Numbered from the stretch's first letter, positions 28,231 through 38,650 are shown. The stretch: DNA of 64,000 bases from an uncultured Gemmataceae bacterium (GCA_963750165.1 CAVVPN010000003.1:1472001-1536000), one strand, 5' to 3'. Numbers and translations are program-made. The notes: generated from the letters alone by a model not told the origin.

Positions 28231-30768
28231 TCAGCGGCGCCGCTGCGGCCGGCGCTCGGGCGCCGCCGCGGTCGGGTCTTCGGGCCAGGCGTGTTTGGGG
28301 TAGCGGGCGCGGAGATCCTTGCGCACCTGGGCATAGGTGTTGGCCCAGAAGCTGGCCAGGTCGTCAGTGATCTGCTGCGGCCGGTAGTTCGGCGCCAGCA
28401 AGTGCAGCAGCACCCGCACCCGCCCGTCGGCAATCCGCGGCGTCTCGGCCAGGCCGAACAGTTCCTGGATGCGCACCGCCAGCACCGGCGGCCGGCCGAC
28501 CTCGTACTGCAACTTGACGTGACTGCCGCTCGGCACCTCCAGCCGCTCCGGCGCCTCGCGCTCCACCGCCTGCCGCTGGGCATGCGTCAACTTGCCCTGC
28601 AGCGCCTCCAGCCAACCGGCGTTGCGCAGGTCCGCGAACGACCGGCAGCCCGACGCGAGCCACGGCAGCACCTCGCGCAGCTCGGCGTCGTCGAAGGCGG
28701 GCAGGTTCAACTCCGGCAGCCACTGTCGCAGACAGCGGACGCGCGTCAGGTACAACCCGGAGGCGGAGTCCGGCGGCGGCAGCACGCGGTCGAGGTAGGC
28801 AGCGGCCGCGGCGACCAGCACTTCCGCTACTGCCTCCGCGGACGGCGGCGCCGCCGGCGTCTCTTCCAGAATCAGGTCGTCGAAGCGCAGCCGCCGGAAC
28901 GCCGTCACGCGCTCCGCGTCGAGGTCGAAGTGGATCTCGACGCCAACGCGCACCTGCGCCGCCGGCAGCCAGTCGCGCCGCACCGCCGACGCCTGCCGCA
29001 CCAGCGTCTCCTTCTGGCCCGCGTCCACATCGACGCAGACGAACAACTCCGCCGCGTTCACACCGCTCGACGGCGCCAGCCGCACGCCGCGGCCGCCGAC
29101 CATGACGCCGCGCCGGCCGCCCGGCTCGCGCCGCCGAGCCACGCGATCCGGGAACGCCACCAGCAGCGCCCGTTGCACGGCCTCATCCGCCGGCACAGCG
29201 TCCGCGGGCTGCCGCCGCTGTCGGTGGAGCGACCGCAGCAGCTGATCGCGGGCGCGGAGCACGAAGCGCGCGGCGTGGCGGTTCAGCGTGCCCAGGTGGC
29301 TGGACGTGCGGCCGTCGCGCTCGAACGCCTCCAGCACGGCCACGCGGTCGAGCACGTCGGATTCGGTGGCGGCGGCCGGCCGCGACGACTCGGGGCCATC
29401 AAGGGCGCGGACGAACGGCGGCCGCTCTGCCAGCAGCGCCGCCGCCAGCGCCGCGCGCTCCGGATGCTCGAGGCGCTGGCCCTCGATCAGCAACCGGCCC
29501 AGGCGCGGCTGCACCGGCAGTCGGGCGAGCAGGCGCCCCAGGTCGGTCACGCGCCCGTCCGCGGCCAGCGCCCCGAGCCGCTCCAGCAGCCACAGCGCCC
29601 GTGTCACGGCACTGAACGCCGGCGGCTCCAGCCAGGGGAAAGCGCGGATGTCCGCCTCGCCCAGGCTGAGCAACTGCAGCGCCGCGCCGGTCAGATCGAC
29701 GCGGCGGATTTCCGGTTCCGTCTGTTCGCGGCGGGCGCGGTGATCCAGGACGCTCCACAGCCGCACGCAGACGCCGGGCTGCGTCCGCCCTGCCCGCCCT
29801 GCCCGCTGGTCCGCCGAGGCCCGCGAAATTGGCGTCAACTTCAGGCGGTCCAGGCCCACCGCCGGGTCGAAGACCAGCTCGCGCGCCAGCCCCGTATCGA
29901 CGACGCCGGTGACGCCCTCCACCGTGACAGACGTTTCCGCCACGTTCGTCGCCAGCACCACCTTGCGGCGCGGCTGCGGCAGCAGGGCCGCGTCCTGGTC
30001 CGCCGCCGCCAGTTCGCCGTGCAGCGGCAGCACCAACAGGTCGCGCGCCGTCGCCACGGCCTCCAGGTGGTGGGCGGTTTGCCGGATTTCCTGCAACCCG
30101 GGCAGAAAGACCAGCAGATCGCCGGGCGTGCGGTCCAGCGTGCGCTCGACGGCGCGGGCGGTCGCCAGCGGCCAGGGCTGCGATTCGGGACGCGGCTCGT
30201 GCATGATGTCCACGGGATGCAGCCGGCCCGTACTGTCAATGATGGGACAACCGCCCAGGTATCTGGCCACGGCCTTCACCGCCAACGTCGCCGACATGAC
30301 CACGACGCGCAGGTCCGGCCGCACCGTCTGCTGTAACAGGCGGACCATGCCGAGCGCCAGGTCGTTGTCCAGGCTGCGTTCGTGGAACTCGTCGAAGAGG
30401 ACGGCGCCGACGGATTCGAGGTAGGGGTTGCCGTGGAGTTGCTGCAGGAGGATGCCGGGCGTCATTGCGAGGATGCGCGTCTCGGGGCCGCACTGGCGGT
30501 CGAAGCGGACGTGGTAACCGACCTCGGCGCCGAGGCGGCCGTGGCGCTCGTCGGTCATGCGACGAGCGGCGGCGCGGGCGGCAAGGCGGCGCGGTTCCAG
30601 CAGGAGAATGATACCCGCCCCGGCCAGCCCCGCGTCGAGCAGGGCCGGCGGCACGCGCGTGGTTTTGCCGGCGCCGGTCGGCGCCCGCAGGACGGCGCAC
30701 GACTGCTGCCGCAGGGCGTCCACCAGGGCGGGCAGAACCGGGTCAATGGGCAGCGGCGTGCGCGTCAC
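28231..30768 (-). CDS. hrpB: ATP-dependent RNA helicase HrpB
   Basis: APTGAGKTT, DEFHER, MSAT, ATNVAETS, QRAGRAGR and C-terminal RYPKHAWP. Confidence 0.95.
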   Translation of the reverse strand: MTRTPLPIDPVLPALVDALRQQSCAVLRAPTGAGKTTRVPPALLDAGLAGAGIILLLEPRRLAARAAARRMTDERHGRLGAEVGYHVRFDRQCGPETRILAMTPGILLQQLHGNPYLESVGAVLFDEFHERSLDNDLALGMVRLLQQTVRPDLRVVVMSATLAVKAVARYLGGCPIIDSTGRLHPVDIMHEPRPESQPWPLATARAVERTLDRTPGDLLVFLPGLQEIRQTAHHLEAVATARDLLVLPLHGELAAADQDAALLPQPRRKVVLATNVAETSVTVEGVTGVVDTGLARELVFDPAVGLDRLKLTPISRASADQRAGRAGRTQPGVCVRLWSVLDHRARREQTEPEIRRVDLTGAALQLLSLGEADIRAFPWLEPPAFSAVTRALWLLERLGALAADGRVTDLGRLLARLPVQPRLGRLLIEGQRLEHPERAALAAALLAERPPFVRALDGPESSRPAAATESDVLDRVAVLEAFERDGRTSSHLGTLNRHAARFVLRARDQLLRSLHRQRRQPADAVPADEAVQRALLVAFPDRVARRREPGGRRGVMVGGRGVRLAPSSGVNAAELFVCVDVDAGQKETLVRQASAVRRDWLPAAQVRVGVEIHFDLDAERVTAFRRLRFDDLILEETPAAPPSAEAVAEVLVAAAAAYLDRVLPPPDSASGLYLTRVRCLRQWLPELNLPAFDDAELREVLPWLASGCRSFADLRNAGWLEALQGKLTHAQRQAVEREAPERLEVPSGSHVKLQYEVGRPPVLAVRIQELFGLAETPRIADGRVRVLLHLLAPNYRPQQITDDLASFWANTYAQVRKDLRARYPKHAWPEDPTAAAPERRPQRRR

Positions 30769-30780
30769 GGGGACTCTTTC

Positions 30781-30810
30781 TCCCCTCGCCCCCTGAAGGG
30801 GGCGCGGGGG
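30781..30810. repeat. G/C palindrome related to the 10688 element, between recA and hrpB
   Basis: cccctcgccccc-tgaa-gggggcgcgggg. Confidence 0.6.
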
Positions 30811-30820
30811 GAAACTGGGG

Positions 30821-31924
30821 TTACTCCGGCGCCGTCGCAGCCTGCCGGCCGCGCTTCGGCGCCGCCTCCTTCTCCGGCCTGGCCGGCGGCTCCGCGGCCT
30901 CGCCGTTGGCCTCCGGCGCTGGCGCCCCGCCGTTCAGCAGACCGCGCTTTTCCAGGATTTTTTTCGTGATCTCCTCCACGACCGCCGGGTTGTCGCGCAG
31001 GAATTGCTTGGCGTTTTCGCGGCTGTTGCCCAGGCGCAGCTCGCCGAAATAATGGTTGCCGCCGCTCTTCTGGATGATCTCCTCGTTGACGCCCAGTGTG
31101 AGCAGGTCGCCTTCACGGCTGATGCCCTTGTCGAACATCAGATCAAACTCGGCCACGCGGAACGGCGGCGCCACCTTGTTCTTGACCACGCGCACCCGCA
31201 CCTGCGAGCCGATCTTCTCCTCGCCGTCCTTCACGTCGGTGACGCGGCGGATGTCCAGGCGCACGCTGCTGTAGAACTTCAGCGCCAGGCCGCCCGAGGT
31301 CGTCTCCGGGTTGCCGAACATCACGCCGATCTTCTGGCGAATCTGATTGATGAAGACCATGCACGTCCGCGTTCGCGCGATGGTCGGGTTCAGGATGCGC
31401 AGCGCCTGGCTCATGAGCCGGGCCTGGATGCCGACGTGCGCGTCGCCGATCTCGCCCTCGACCTCCGCCCGCGGCACCAGCGCCGCCACCGAGTCAATGA
31501 CAATGATGTCCACCGCGTTCGACTTCACCAGCATTTCCGCGATCTTCAGCGCCTCTTCCGCGTTCGATGGCTGGCTGACCAGCAACCCCTCCAGGTCCAC
31601 GCCGATGCGCTTGGCCCAGCTGGGGTCGAGGGCGTGTTCGGCGTCGATGAAGGCCGCGACGCCGCCCTGCCGCTGGGCGTTGGCGACCGCGTGCAGCGCC
31701 ACCGTCGTCTTGCCGCTCGACTCCGGCCCGAAAATCTCACAGATGCGGCCGCGCGGCAGCCCCTTGCCGCCCAGCGCGATGTCAAGGCTCAGCGCCCCCG
31801 TTGAGATGCCCTGCACGTCCAGCGCCGTGCTGTTGTTCAGCTGCATGATGGCGCCCTTGCCGAACTGCTTCTCGATCGCCGACAGGGCGTTCTTCAACTC
31901 CCGATCCTGTGCCTGGTCCGCCAT
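30821..31924 (-). CDS. recA: Recombinase A
   Basis: [26 protein letters not shown] and [20 protein letters not shown] before ATG 31924. Confidence 0.98.
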   Translation of the reverse strand: MADQAQDRELKNALSAIEKQFGKGAIMQLNNSTALDVQGISTGALSLDIALGGKGLPRGRICEIFGPESSGKTTVALHAVANAQRQGGVAAFIDAEHALDPSWAKRIGVDLEGLLVSQPSNAEEALKIAEMLVKSNAVDIIVIDSVAALVPRAEVEGEIGDAHVGIQARLMSQALRILNPTIARTRTCMVFINQIRQKIGVMFGNPETTSGGLALKFYSSVRLDIRRVTDVKDGEEKIGSQVRVRVVKNKVAPPFRVAEFDLMFDKGISREGDLLTLGVNEEIIQKSGGNHYFGELRLGNSRENAKQFLRDNPAVVEEITKKILEKRGLLNGGAPAPEANGEAAEPPARPEKEAAPKRGRQAATAPE

Positions 31925-32044
31925 GATTCCTCCGCGTGTGGAAAACAAATAGGCCCGGCCGTCTGCCGGTTGGTGATGTTGCAAGACTCGAAAGGTGGCC
32001 CGCCCGGAAGCGCCACCTTACTCCGTTTACGGTTCTTCGAGGAA

Positions 32045-32060
32045 CTGTACGTTTGTAAAG
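32045..32060. promoter_or_regulatory. Candidate LexA/SOS operator upstream of recA
   Basis: CTGTAC-gttt-GTAAAG imperfect dyad about 120 nt upstream of the recA start. Confidence 0.4.
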
Positions 32061-32106
32061 ATACCTGATTTTGTGGGCCGAACAAGGTCAGCAGCGTGCG
32101 CATCCT

Positions 32107-32217
32107 GAGCGGGGTCGCGTCAGCGCCCCGTGCGCGTCAGCGCCCCGTGCGCGTTCCACGGGGCGCTGACGCGACCCGCTCGTTCACACACGGGGCGCTG
32201 ACGCGACCCCGCTCGCC
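32107..32217. repeat. REP-like cluster (CGCGTCAGCGCCCCGTG, two forward and two inverted copies)
   Basis: Direct and inverted copies visible in the recA/kinase intergenic region. Confidence 0.8.
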
Positions 32218-32248
32218 GAGCGCCGGTCGCGACTATAATGACGATGAT

Positions 32249-33646
32249 ATGCAACATTCTCTCTCCAATCTGGCTCGGCGCATGGCTACCGTTCGGCCTG
32301 GCATCGTGCTGTCGCGCTGGGAGCTGGCGGCGGAAACGATCGCGGTCAAGATCCGCTGGTTCGGTCTGCTGTTCGGCTACGTCGTCGTCAATGTCGGCCC
32401 TGACCCCCATGCGCACCGCGGCCTGCTCAACGCCATCCTCGCCCTGGGCGTCATCTACGCCGCGCTGGACACTGCGTACAGCCTGCGCGGTCAGGTCTTC
32501 CTCGGTCGCTGGCCGCTGCTCATCTCCGGCATGGAGGCCCTGTTCATCGCCCTGCTGTGCCTCAACCACGGCGGCCTCGAAAGCGCCTTCCGTTACTATT
32601 ATCTGCTGTCGTTGATCTGCTGCGCCATCCGTCAGCCGTCGCGCGTCACCTACGCCACCTGTGCGCTGCACTGCGCCAGTTTCAGCATGCTGTACCTGGT
32701 CCTGCCGCCGGCGCAGCGGCAGCCGCTGCCGTTCCTGCTGACGCTGGTGCTGCTCGGTTGGGTCACCTGGGCCAGCGACGCGATGGCTCTGTTGCTCAAG
32801 CGCGTCGGCGAACAGCTCGGCCGGCTCAACCGCGCCTTGCAGGAGAACCAGGCCCACCTGGAGGCCCGCATTGCCGAGCGCACCCGCGAGCTGCAGGAGG
32901 CCCAGGCCCATGTGCTACACCAGGAGAAGATGGCGGCGTTCGGCCTGCTGGCGGCCGGCATCGCCCACGAGGTCGGCAACCCACTCACGTCCATCAGCGC
33001 CCTGGTGCAGCTGCTGCAGAAGCGCGATTGCGACGGCTATACGCAGGAAAAACTGACGCTGGTCAGCGGCCAGCTGCTGCGCATCCAGACGACGCTACGC
33101 GAACTGGTCAACTTCAGTCGGCCGGCCAGCACGGAGCGGGCGCGCGTCCACGTCAAGGACATCCTCGACGAGGCGCTGAGCGTCGCCAAGTATTACCGCG
33201 GCACCGCGGGGCGCAAGGGCCGCCGCACCGCGGACGGCCTGGACGGCGCCGCCGACAAGGGCCGCTGCCTGGAGGTGCAGGTTGCCGACGGCCTGCCGTG
33301 CCTGTGGGGCGTGCGCGACCAGCTGGTGCAGGTGTTCCTGAACCTGATCCTCAACGCCGTGGACGCGACGGCCCAGGGCGGCCGCATCGCGGTGACTGCC
33401 GACCTCCAGGGCGACGAGGTCCGCGTTGCGGTGCAGGACGACGGCGGCGGCATCACGGCCGCGGACCAGAAGCGGCTGTTTCAACCGTATTTCACGACGA
33501 AACGGCACGGCACCGGCCTGGGCCTGTTCGTGTCGCACAAGCTGGTGGCGGAGCACGGCGGCCGCATCGCCTTCACCTCGGAGCCCGGCCGCGGCACGAC
33601 CTTTGAAGTTTATTTGCCCGCGGAGGACGAGAAGATGACGGGGTGA
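32249..33646 (+). CDS. Membrane sensor histidine kinase
   Basis: TM region; GIAHEVGNPL H-box, NLILNA N-box, DDGGG, FTTK and GTGLGL; start may instead be 32282. Confidence 0.92.
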   Translation: MQHSLSNLARRMATVRPGIVLSRWELAAETIAVKIRWFGLLFGYVVVNVGPDPHAHRGLLNAILALGVIYAALDTAYSLRGQVFLGRWPLLISGMEALFIALLCLNHGGLESAFRYYYLLSLICCAIRQPSRVTYATCALHCASFSMLYLVLPPAQRQPLPFLLTLVLLGWVTWASDAMALLLKRVGEQLGRLNRALQENQAHLEARIAERTRELQEAQAHVLHQEKMAAFGLLAAGIAHEVGNPLTSISALVQLLQKRDCDGYTQEKLTLVSGQLLRIQTTLRELVNFSRPASTERARVHVKDILDEALSVAKYYRGTAGRKGRRTADGLDGAADKGRCLEVQVADGLPCLWGVRDQLVQVFLNLILNAVDATAQGGRIAVTADLQGDEVRVAVQDDGGGITAADQKRLFQPYFTTKRHGTGLGLFVSHKLVAEHGGRIAFTSEPGRGTTFEVYLPAEDEKMTG

Positions 33647-33720
33647 GGGGGTGAGAGGGTGAGGGGGTGAAAGACAACTGCTCTTTCACCCCCTCACACC
33701 CTCCCCCCTCACCCCCTCAC
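33643..33720. repeat. GGGTGA-type palindromic repeat between kinase and regulator
   Basis: (gtgagggg)n...gtgaaaga-caactgc-tctttcac...(cccctcac)n. Confidence 0.75.
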
Positions 33721-33733
33721 GCCCGTAAAAGAC

Positions 33734-35095
33734 ATGGCCCAACAGACCAAGACTGCAACGATACTGGTCGTCGATGACGAGCCGCTCATCCGCGCGACGC
33801 TCACGGAGTACCTCACGCAGGAGGGCCACCGCGTCACCGCCTGCGGTAGCGGCGAACAGGCCCTGCAACTGGCCGGTCAGCAGCCGTTCGACGTGGCCCT
33901 CTGCGACGTGCAGCTGCCCGGTATCGACGGCATCGAACTGCTGGAACGGTTACTGAAAATCAGCCCGCAGACGTTCGTGCTGCTGGTCACCGCCTTCGGC
34001 ACCGTCGATAACGCCGTGGAGGCGTTCCACCGCGGCGCCCATGATTACCTGATGAAGCCGATCCTGCTCGATGAGGTGCAGGGCAAGATCAAGCGACTGC
34101 TGGCCTACCGCGACCTGTTCCAGGAGAATCAGTGGTTGCGGCGCGAGCTGAACCGCGTGCATCATCCGGACGCCATCGTCGGCCGCGGCGCCGCCATGCA
34201 GCGCGTCTTCGAGGTGGTGCGCAAGGTGGCGCCGACGCGCTCCACCGTGCTGCTGGTCGGCGAGAGCGGCACCGGCAAGGAACTCATCGCCCGGGCGCTG
34301 CACGAGCAGAGCGGTGCCGCCGACGCCCGCTTCCTGCCGGTCAACTGCGCCGCCATCCCCAACGATTTGCTGGAAAATCAACTGTTCGGTCACCGCAAGG
34401 GCGCGTTTACCGGCGCCGACCGCGATCAGCCAGGCGTCTTCGTCCACGCCGGCGGCGGCACCGTCTTTCTGGACGAGATCGGCGAGTTGGCCCTGGCGAC
34501 GCAGGCGAAGCTGCTGCGGGTCATCGAGCAGAAGGAGATTTTCCCGGTCGGGGCCAATGAGCCGGTGGAGGTGGCGGCGCGCGTGCTGGCGGCGACCAAC
34601 AAGGACCTGGCCCGTGAGGTCGAGGCGGGCCGCTTCCGCGCCGATTTGTACTACCGGCTGAACGTCGTCACCATTCAGCTGCCGCCGCTGCGTGCGCGTC
34701 GTGAGGACATCCCCGACCTGGTGGATTTCCTGCTGGCCAAGCACGCGCGAGCGCTCGGCAAGCCGATCCGCGGCGTCGCGCACGAGGCGATGCAGTTGCT
34801 ACTGGCGTGTCCGTGGAAGGGCAACGTCCGCGAGCTGGACAACGCCCTGCAGCGGGCAGTCATCCTTGGCGAAGGCCCGGTCATCACCGCCGCGGATTTG
34901 CCGCCAGACCTGACCCCCGTGGCCGACGACCCGGCGCTGGTGGACGACCTCAACGAGGCGGTGACGCGCTTCGAGGCGCAGCACATCGCGCGTGTGCTGC
35001 GCCGCTTCCCCGACAAGAAGGAGGCCGCCAAACGGCTCAACGTCGCCCTCAGCTCGCTGTACCGCAAAATCGCCGACCTGAAGATTCAGGCGTGA
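33734..35095 (+). CDS. Sigma-54-dependent response regulator (NtrC family)
   Basis: Receiver VVDDE; GESGTGKE, GAFTGA, FLDEIGE, WKGNVREL; C-terminal HTH. Confidence 0.95.
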   Translation: MAQQTKTATILVVDDEPLIRATLTEYLTQEGHRVTACGSGEQALQLAGQQPFDVALCDVQLPGIDGIELLERLLKISPQTFVLLVTAFGTVDNAVEAFHRGAHDYLMKPILLDEVQGKIKRLLAYRDLFQENQWLRRELNRVHHPDAIVGRGAAMQRVFEVVRKVAPTRSTVLLVGESGTGKELIARALHEQSGAADARFLPVNCAAIPNDLLENQLFGHRKGAFTGADRDQPGVFVHAGGGTVFLDEIGELALATQAKLLRVIEQKEIFPVGANEPVEVAARVLAATNKDLAREVEAGRFRADLYYRLNVVTIQLPPLRARREDIPDLVDFLLAKHARALGKPIRGVAHEAMQLLLACPWKGNVRELDNALQRAVILGEGPVITAADLPPDLTPVADDPALVDDLNEAVTRFEAQHIARVLRRFPDKKEAAKRLNVALSSLYRKIADLKIQA

Positions 35096-35182
35096 CGGCT
35101 GGGGAAATTTTGCTGCATTTGCCGGGCCGCGCGAGTACAAAAGAAGTGAGTCTATCACGTTCCCACTTGTGCAGGTGCAGCC

Positions 35183-35962
35183 ATGCGTCCCGGTTGGTTC
35201 CTCACGATCCTGTTCGCCCTCGCGGCCCTGCTCCCCCTGACCGGTTGCGGCCTCACGGTCGTCCCCAGCGACCCGACCTTGCAGCCCATCGTGGCGGACC
35301 CCGCCATCGACCGGCAGCGCCCGGTGGACGCCGCCAAGTTGCTCAGTTGCTGGGTCTTCGAGCAGCGGGCGCTGGACGGCAAGACGTATTACTACACCTA
35401 CACGTTCCGGGCCGACCACACCCTGGTGCAAACCCGCGTGCTGAGCGACTTCATTCAATCGACCGTGGCGACCTACCGCTACGCTGACGGCGGCGTCACG
35501 ATCACCTGGCCCAACAACGGCGGCATCGAACAGGGGACGCTGAACTGGACCGCGGAGGGCCTGGCCACCTACCGCATCACGGCACACACGACCGACAAGT
35601 CGCAGGTGGGCATGTCGATGAAGATGAGTCGCATTCTGGCGGATGGCACCACTGCGGTCGTCACGCTGCGCAACCCGACCGCCGCGGCCATCGCGGTCGA
35701 GATGCGCTGGGTGAAGTCGGATCAAATCTGGACGCCGTGGCAGACGCGACAGGTGCCGGCAAACCAAAGTTGGGACTTCTGGCTGCACGGGGCCTACCAC
35801 TGCCAGGTTCGCTACAACGGCACGCCGAACGCCGGCCATACGCAGAAGTATTACGACGTGCCGGCCAATGTGGTGCCGCGCACCGACCAGCCTGGAGCCA
35901 ATGCCGGCCGCCGCTTCGCCTTCCAAAATCGTGGCGGCGTTCTGGAGTTGTTCGCGGATTAG
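35183..35962 (+). CDS. Hypothetical lipoprotein
   Basis: Lipobox LTGC after a hydrophobic leader; typical codon usage. Confidence 0.65.
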   Translation: MRPGWFLTILFALAALLPLTGCGLTVVPSDPTLQPIVADPAIDRQRPVDAAKLLSCWVFEQRALDGKTYYYTYTFRADHTLVQTRVLSDFIQSTVATYRYADGGVTITWPNNGGIEQGTLNWTAEGLATYRITAHTTDKSQVGMSMKMSRILADGTTAVVTLRNPTAAAIAVEMRWVKSDQIWTPWQTRQVPANQSWDFWLHGAYHCQVRYNGTPNAGHTQKYYDVPANVVPRTDQPGANAGRRFAFQNRGGVLELFAD

Positions 35963-36229
35963 CGCGGTTCGCACGCGGAGCGCGCCTGGGGTGGGACGGC
36001 TGGCACCGCTTGACCAGCAGGGGCCTGCGCTGTCGCAGCAAGGGTGCCAAGGGAGCCAACTTTTTCATACGTCGAGATTGGGCGCCCTTGCTCTGTGCGG
36101 CTGGCACGGCGCGACCACCCCTGGCGGTGGTTGCCACAGCAAGGGGGCCAACTTTTTCATACGTCGAGAATCGGCGCCTGGCAGCGCCGGCCTGCCGGTT
36201 GTGGTCCACGCGACTGCGAACCGCGCTAA
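35959..36229. mobile_element. MITE-like element A with perfect 15-bp terminal inverted repeats
   Basis: ttagcgcggttcgca (35959-35973) pairs with tgcgaaccgcgctaa (36215-36229); internal 23-bp direct repeat. Confidence 0.65.
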
Positions 36230-36243
36230 ACCGCCTCGTTTTC

Positions 36244-36305
36244 GTCGGAGCCCGAGCGTCGGCGCGGGGCAGCGCCAGCCCCCGCGCTGACGCTCGGGCT
36301 CCGAC
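36244..36305. repeat. REP-like hairpin
   Basis: gtcggagcccgagcgtcggcgcgggg pairs with ccccgcgctgacgctcgggctccgac. Confidence 0.8.
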
Positions 36306-36326
36306 CAGTTCAACCAATGAGTCGTC

Positions 36327-37253
36327 ATGGCGAGTGCCGAAATCGAAGACACGTTTGCCGAGGCCTTCCGCAGCATTTACGCGGAAGTGCTCATCACCGC
36401 CCGTGACCGCCACTGGCTGGACGCGGCCGTCAGTGCCGCGACCGGCAACGCCAGCAGCACCATCCTGTGCGACTGCGAGGCGGGCCTGGACCGCTACGTC
36501 GGCCCCGGCGGCGACGCCGCGTTCGCCACGCCGGACGGCCGGCCCGGCGCCGTCGTGCAGTTCCATGTGCCGCGCTTCCGCAAGGACCGCGTCGAGGCAC
36601 TGGAGCGGTCGTTGCTGGTGCGCCTCAGTCAGAACGTCTTGACGTGCCCGACCGCGGCGTGCTTCAACCTGCTGGACGAGCCGACGTACTTCAAACTGGG
36701 CCGCAAGATCGCGTTCTTCGGCGACGGCTATCAATTTCGGGCGGAGCGGTACGGGCGGCGGGTGTGGGTGGTGCCGATCCTGGGCGGCGAGTTCGTGCTG
36801 GACCGGCGCTTCGGCTACCGCGACGGCCTGATGGGCGGCAACCTGTGGCTGCTGGGCCGCGACGTGGACAGCGCCCTGGAGGCGGCGGCGCGCTGCGTGG
36901 CGGCGGTGCGTGCGGTGCCGGGCGTCATCATGCCGTTCCCCGGCGGCGTCGCGGGCAGCGGTTCCAGGGCGGGCAGCCGTTACAAGTTCTCGGTCGCCAG
37001 CACCTATGCGGAGTATTGCCCAACGCTGCGCGACCAGCTGGGCGAGCAATCGCGGCTGCCGGCGGGCGTCGGTTCGGTGATGGAAATCATCATCAATGGT
37101 CGCGACCTGCCGACGATCGCGCGAGCGACGCAGGCGGCCATCGCCGCGGCGGTGGAGACGCCAGGGCTGGTGAAGATTTCGGCGGGCAATTATGGTGGGC
37201 GGCTGGGCAAGAGTTTCATCTACCTGCGGTCGGAGCGGCAGCCGGCGTCGTGA
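36327..37253 (+). CDS. fhcD: Formylmethanofuran-tetrahydromethanopterin N-formyltransferase (Ftr/FhcD)
   Basis: IEDTFAEAF, CDCEAG, TPDGRPG, QNVLTCPT, PFPGG and ISAGNYGGRLG. Confidence 0.92.
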   Translation: MASAEIEDTFAEAFRSIYAEVLITARDRHWLDAAVSAATGNASSTILCDCEAGLDRYVGPGGDAAFATPDGRPGAVVQFHVPRFRKDRVEALERSLLVRLSQNVLTCPTAACFNLLDEPTYFKLGRKIAFFGDGYQFRAERYGRRVWVVPILGGEFVLDRRFGYRDGLMGGNLWLLGRDVDSALEAAARCVAAVRAVPGVIMPFPGGVAGSGSRAGSRYKFSVASTYAEYCPTLRDQLGEQSRLPAGVGSVMEIIINGRDLPTIARATQAAIAAAVETPGLVKISAGNYGGRLGKSFIYLRSERQPAS

Positions 37254-37268
37254 TGGCCCTGCCCCACT

Positions 37269-37964
37269 TTAGCGCCGGACCTCCACGTACGGGTTGAGCC
37301 AGATGGCGTGGGCGAGCCCCAGGCCCTCCTCGGCATAGACGCGCAGCTCCAGCACATCGACGAAGTGGACATCCAGTTTAATCCAGCCCGCCCAGCCGTA
37401 GCCGCGAACCGACGTGGACCGCCAGATGACCTTGCCGTCGCCCATCACGACGAAGCGCGTGGGGCTCGGCTTCACCCGCGGGTCGTGGTCGCTGACGCCC
37501 ACCTCCACTTGCAGCCAGTCCGCGCGCTGGCCCAGGCGGTAGCAGACGCGCGTGTAGCCGAAGTCGTGCGGGTGCAGGCACAGCGACTTGGCGGTGGACT
37601 TGTCGAGGAAGTGGACGCGCTGGTGCGGGTGGCCGGGTGTGCCGAGGGCGCCGGCCTTGCCGAAGCCCCAGCCAGGGGAGCCCGGTTTGAAGGCGAACTC
37701 TTGCAAATCGCTCAGGTAGACCCTGGCACCGGGCTGCTGCAACCGGGGGTCCAGGCCGGGCACCTGGGCCGGCATGTCCGCCACCTCATATTGCTTCCAC
37801 CTGGTAAACGGATCGCCCAGGGCGCGCTCCTCCTGGGCCGGCAACTGGCCGCCGGTTTGTTGATAGACCACGAGCAGCAGGATACCCAGCAAGGCGGCGA
37901 TCATCAGGAAGAGGCCACAGGTGCGCAGGACGGAGCGGCCGGGCGCCGGCGGCCGGGCCACCAC
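37269..37964 (-). CDS. Membrane-anchored NPCBM/NEW2 carbohydrate-binding-domain protein; possibly the 3' half of the next ORF
   Basis: YLSDL, SLCLHP, VGVSD, FVVMGDGKVIWRS and HAIWLNP. Confidence 0.65.
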   Translation of the reverse strand: MVARPPAPGRSVLRTCGLFLMIAALLGILLLVVYQQTGGQLPAQEERALGDPFTRWKQYEVADMPAQVPGLDPRLQQPGARVYLSDLQEFAFKPGSPGWGFGKAGALGTPGHPHQRVHFLDKSTAKSLCLHPHDFGYTRVCYRLGQRADWLQVEVGVSDHDPRVKPSPTRFVVMGDGKVIWRSTSVRGYGWAGWIKLDVHFVDVLELRVYAEEGLGLAHAIWLNPYVEVRR

Positions 37965-38431
37965 GTCCCTGGGCCGGGCGCACGGTCCTCGAAGAGAGCC
38001 ATCGTCTGGAGCCTGGTGGCGCCCTGTTGGTAGGCGCTGGCGCTCGGCGGGCCGCCGCCGAACCGATCCGGGTGGGCAAGTCGAAACAGCTCATCGTCCA
38101 GGTTCTGGGAACGGAACTGCGACGGCGGCGGCCCAGCCAGCATGAGGCCGAGGCCGATGAACACGACGGCGCACACGATGACCGTGCCGGCCTCCAGGGC
38201 GATGAGGGCGCCGTTGTTCGCCAGCGCCGACGGGTCTTCGCCGCGGGCGGCCATCTGCGCGCCCATGATGAAACCGATGCCAAACATCAGGGGAAAAGGC
38301 AACAGGGCGACGAGGCCGAGGCAGCGCGCCGCGGCGCCGTAGACGACGCGGTTCCTGGTCACGGTCAATTTGCCCGTCACCAGGGCGTACAGACCCGCGA
38401 TCAGCAGGCCGATTTCCATACCAATGATCAT
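37904..38431 (-). CDS. Hypothetical membrane protein (3 TM); may be frameshift-joined to the NPCBM ORF near 37975
   Basis: Hydrophobic helices; the C-terminus becomes implausible where it overlaps the downstream frame. Confidence 0.55.
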   Translation of the reverse strand: MIIGMEIGLLIAGLYALVTGKLTVTRNRVVYGAAARCLGLVALLPFPLMFGIGFIMGAQMAARGEDPSALANNGALIALEAGTVIVCAVVFIGLGLMLAGPPPSQFRSQNLDDELFRLAHPDRFGGGPPSASAYQQGATRLQTMALFEDRAPGPGTWWPGRRRPAAPSCAPVASS

Positions 38432-38559
38432 GCCGGGTAGCTCTCCCAGGAGGGATGCTTGAAACGATAGCTAAGCTTATATCAAAAAATGCGAATGGGT
38501 CGGATTTTTACCGCGGCTGAGCGGTGACTCGAATGAGGCAAGCAGGAGGGAGAGGTGTG

Positions 38560-38627
38560 CCACTGCTTGGCCGCCCGGAGCGACCGGACGGAGGGGCTGG
38601 AGACGCAAAAGGGCGGCCAGGCAGTGG
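38560..38627. repeat. 17-bp inverted repeat pair
   Basis: ccactgcttggccgccc pairs with gggcggccaggcagtgg (1 mismatch). Confidence 0.6.
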
Positions 38628-38650
38628 GCCTGCCCGGGAGCGGTGTCCGA

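Noticed and set aside
36055..36169. 23-bp direct repeats as a mini-CRISPR
   Set aside because: Only two copies, the 69-nt spacer is too long and partly repetitive, and there are no cas genes
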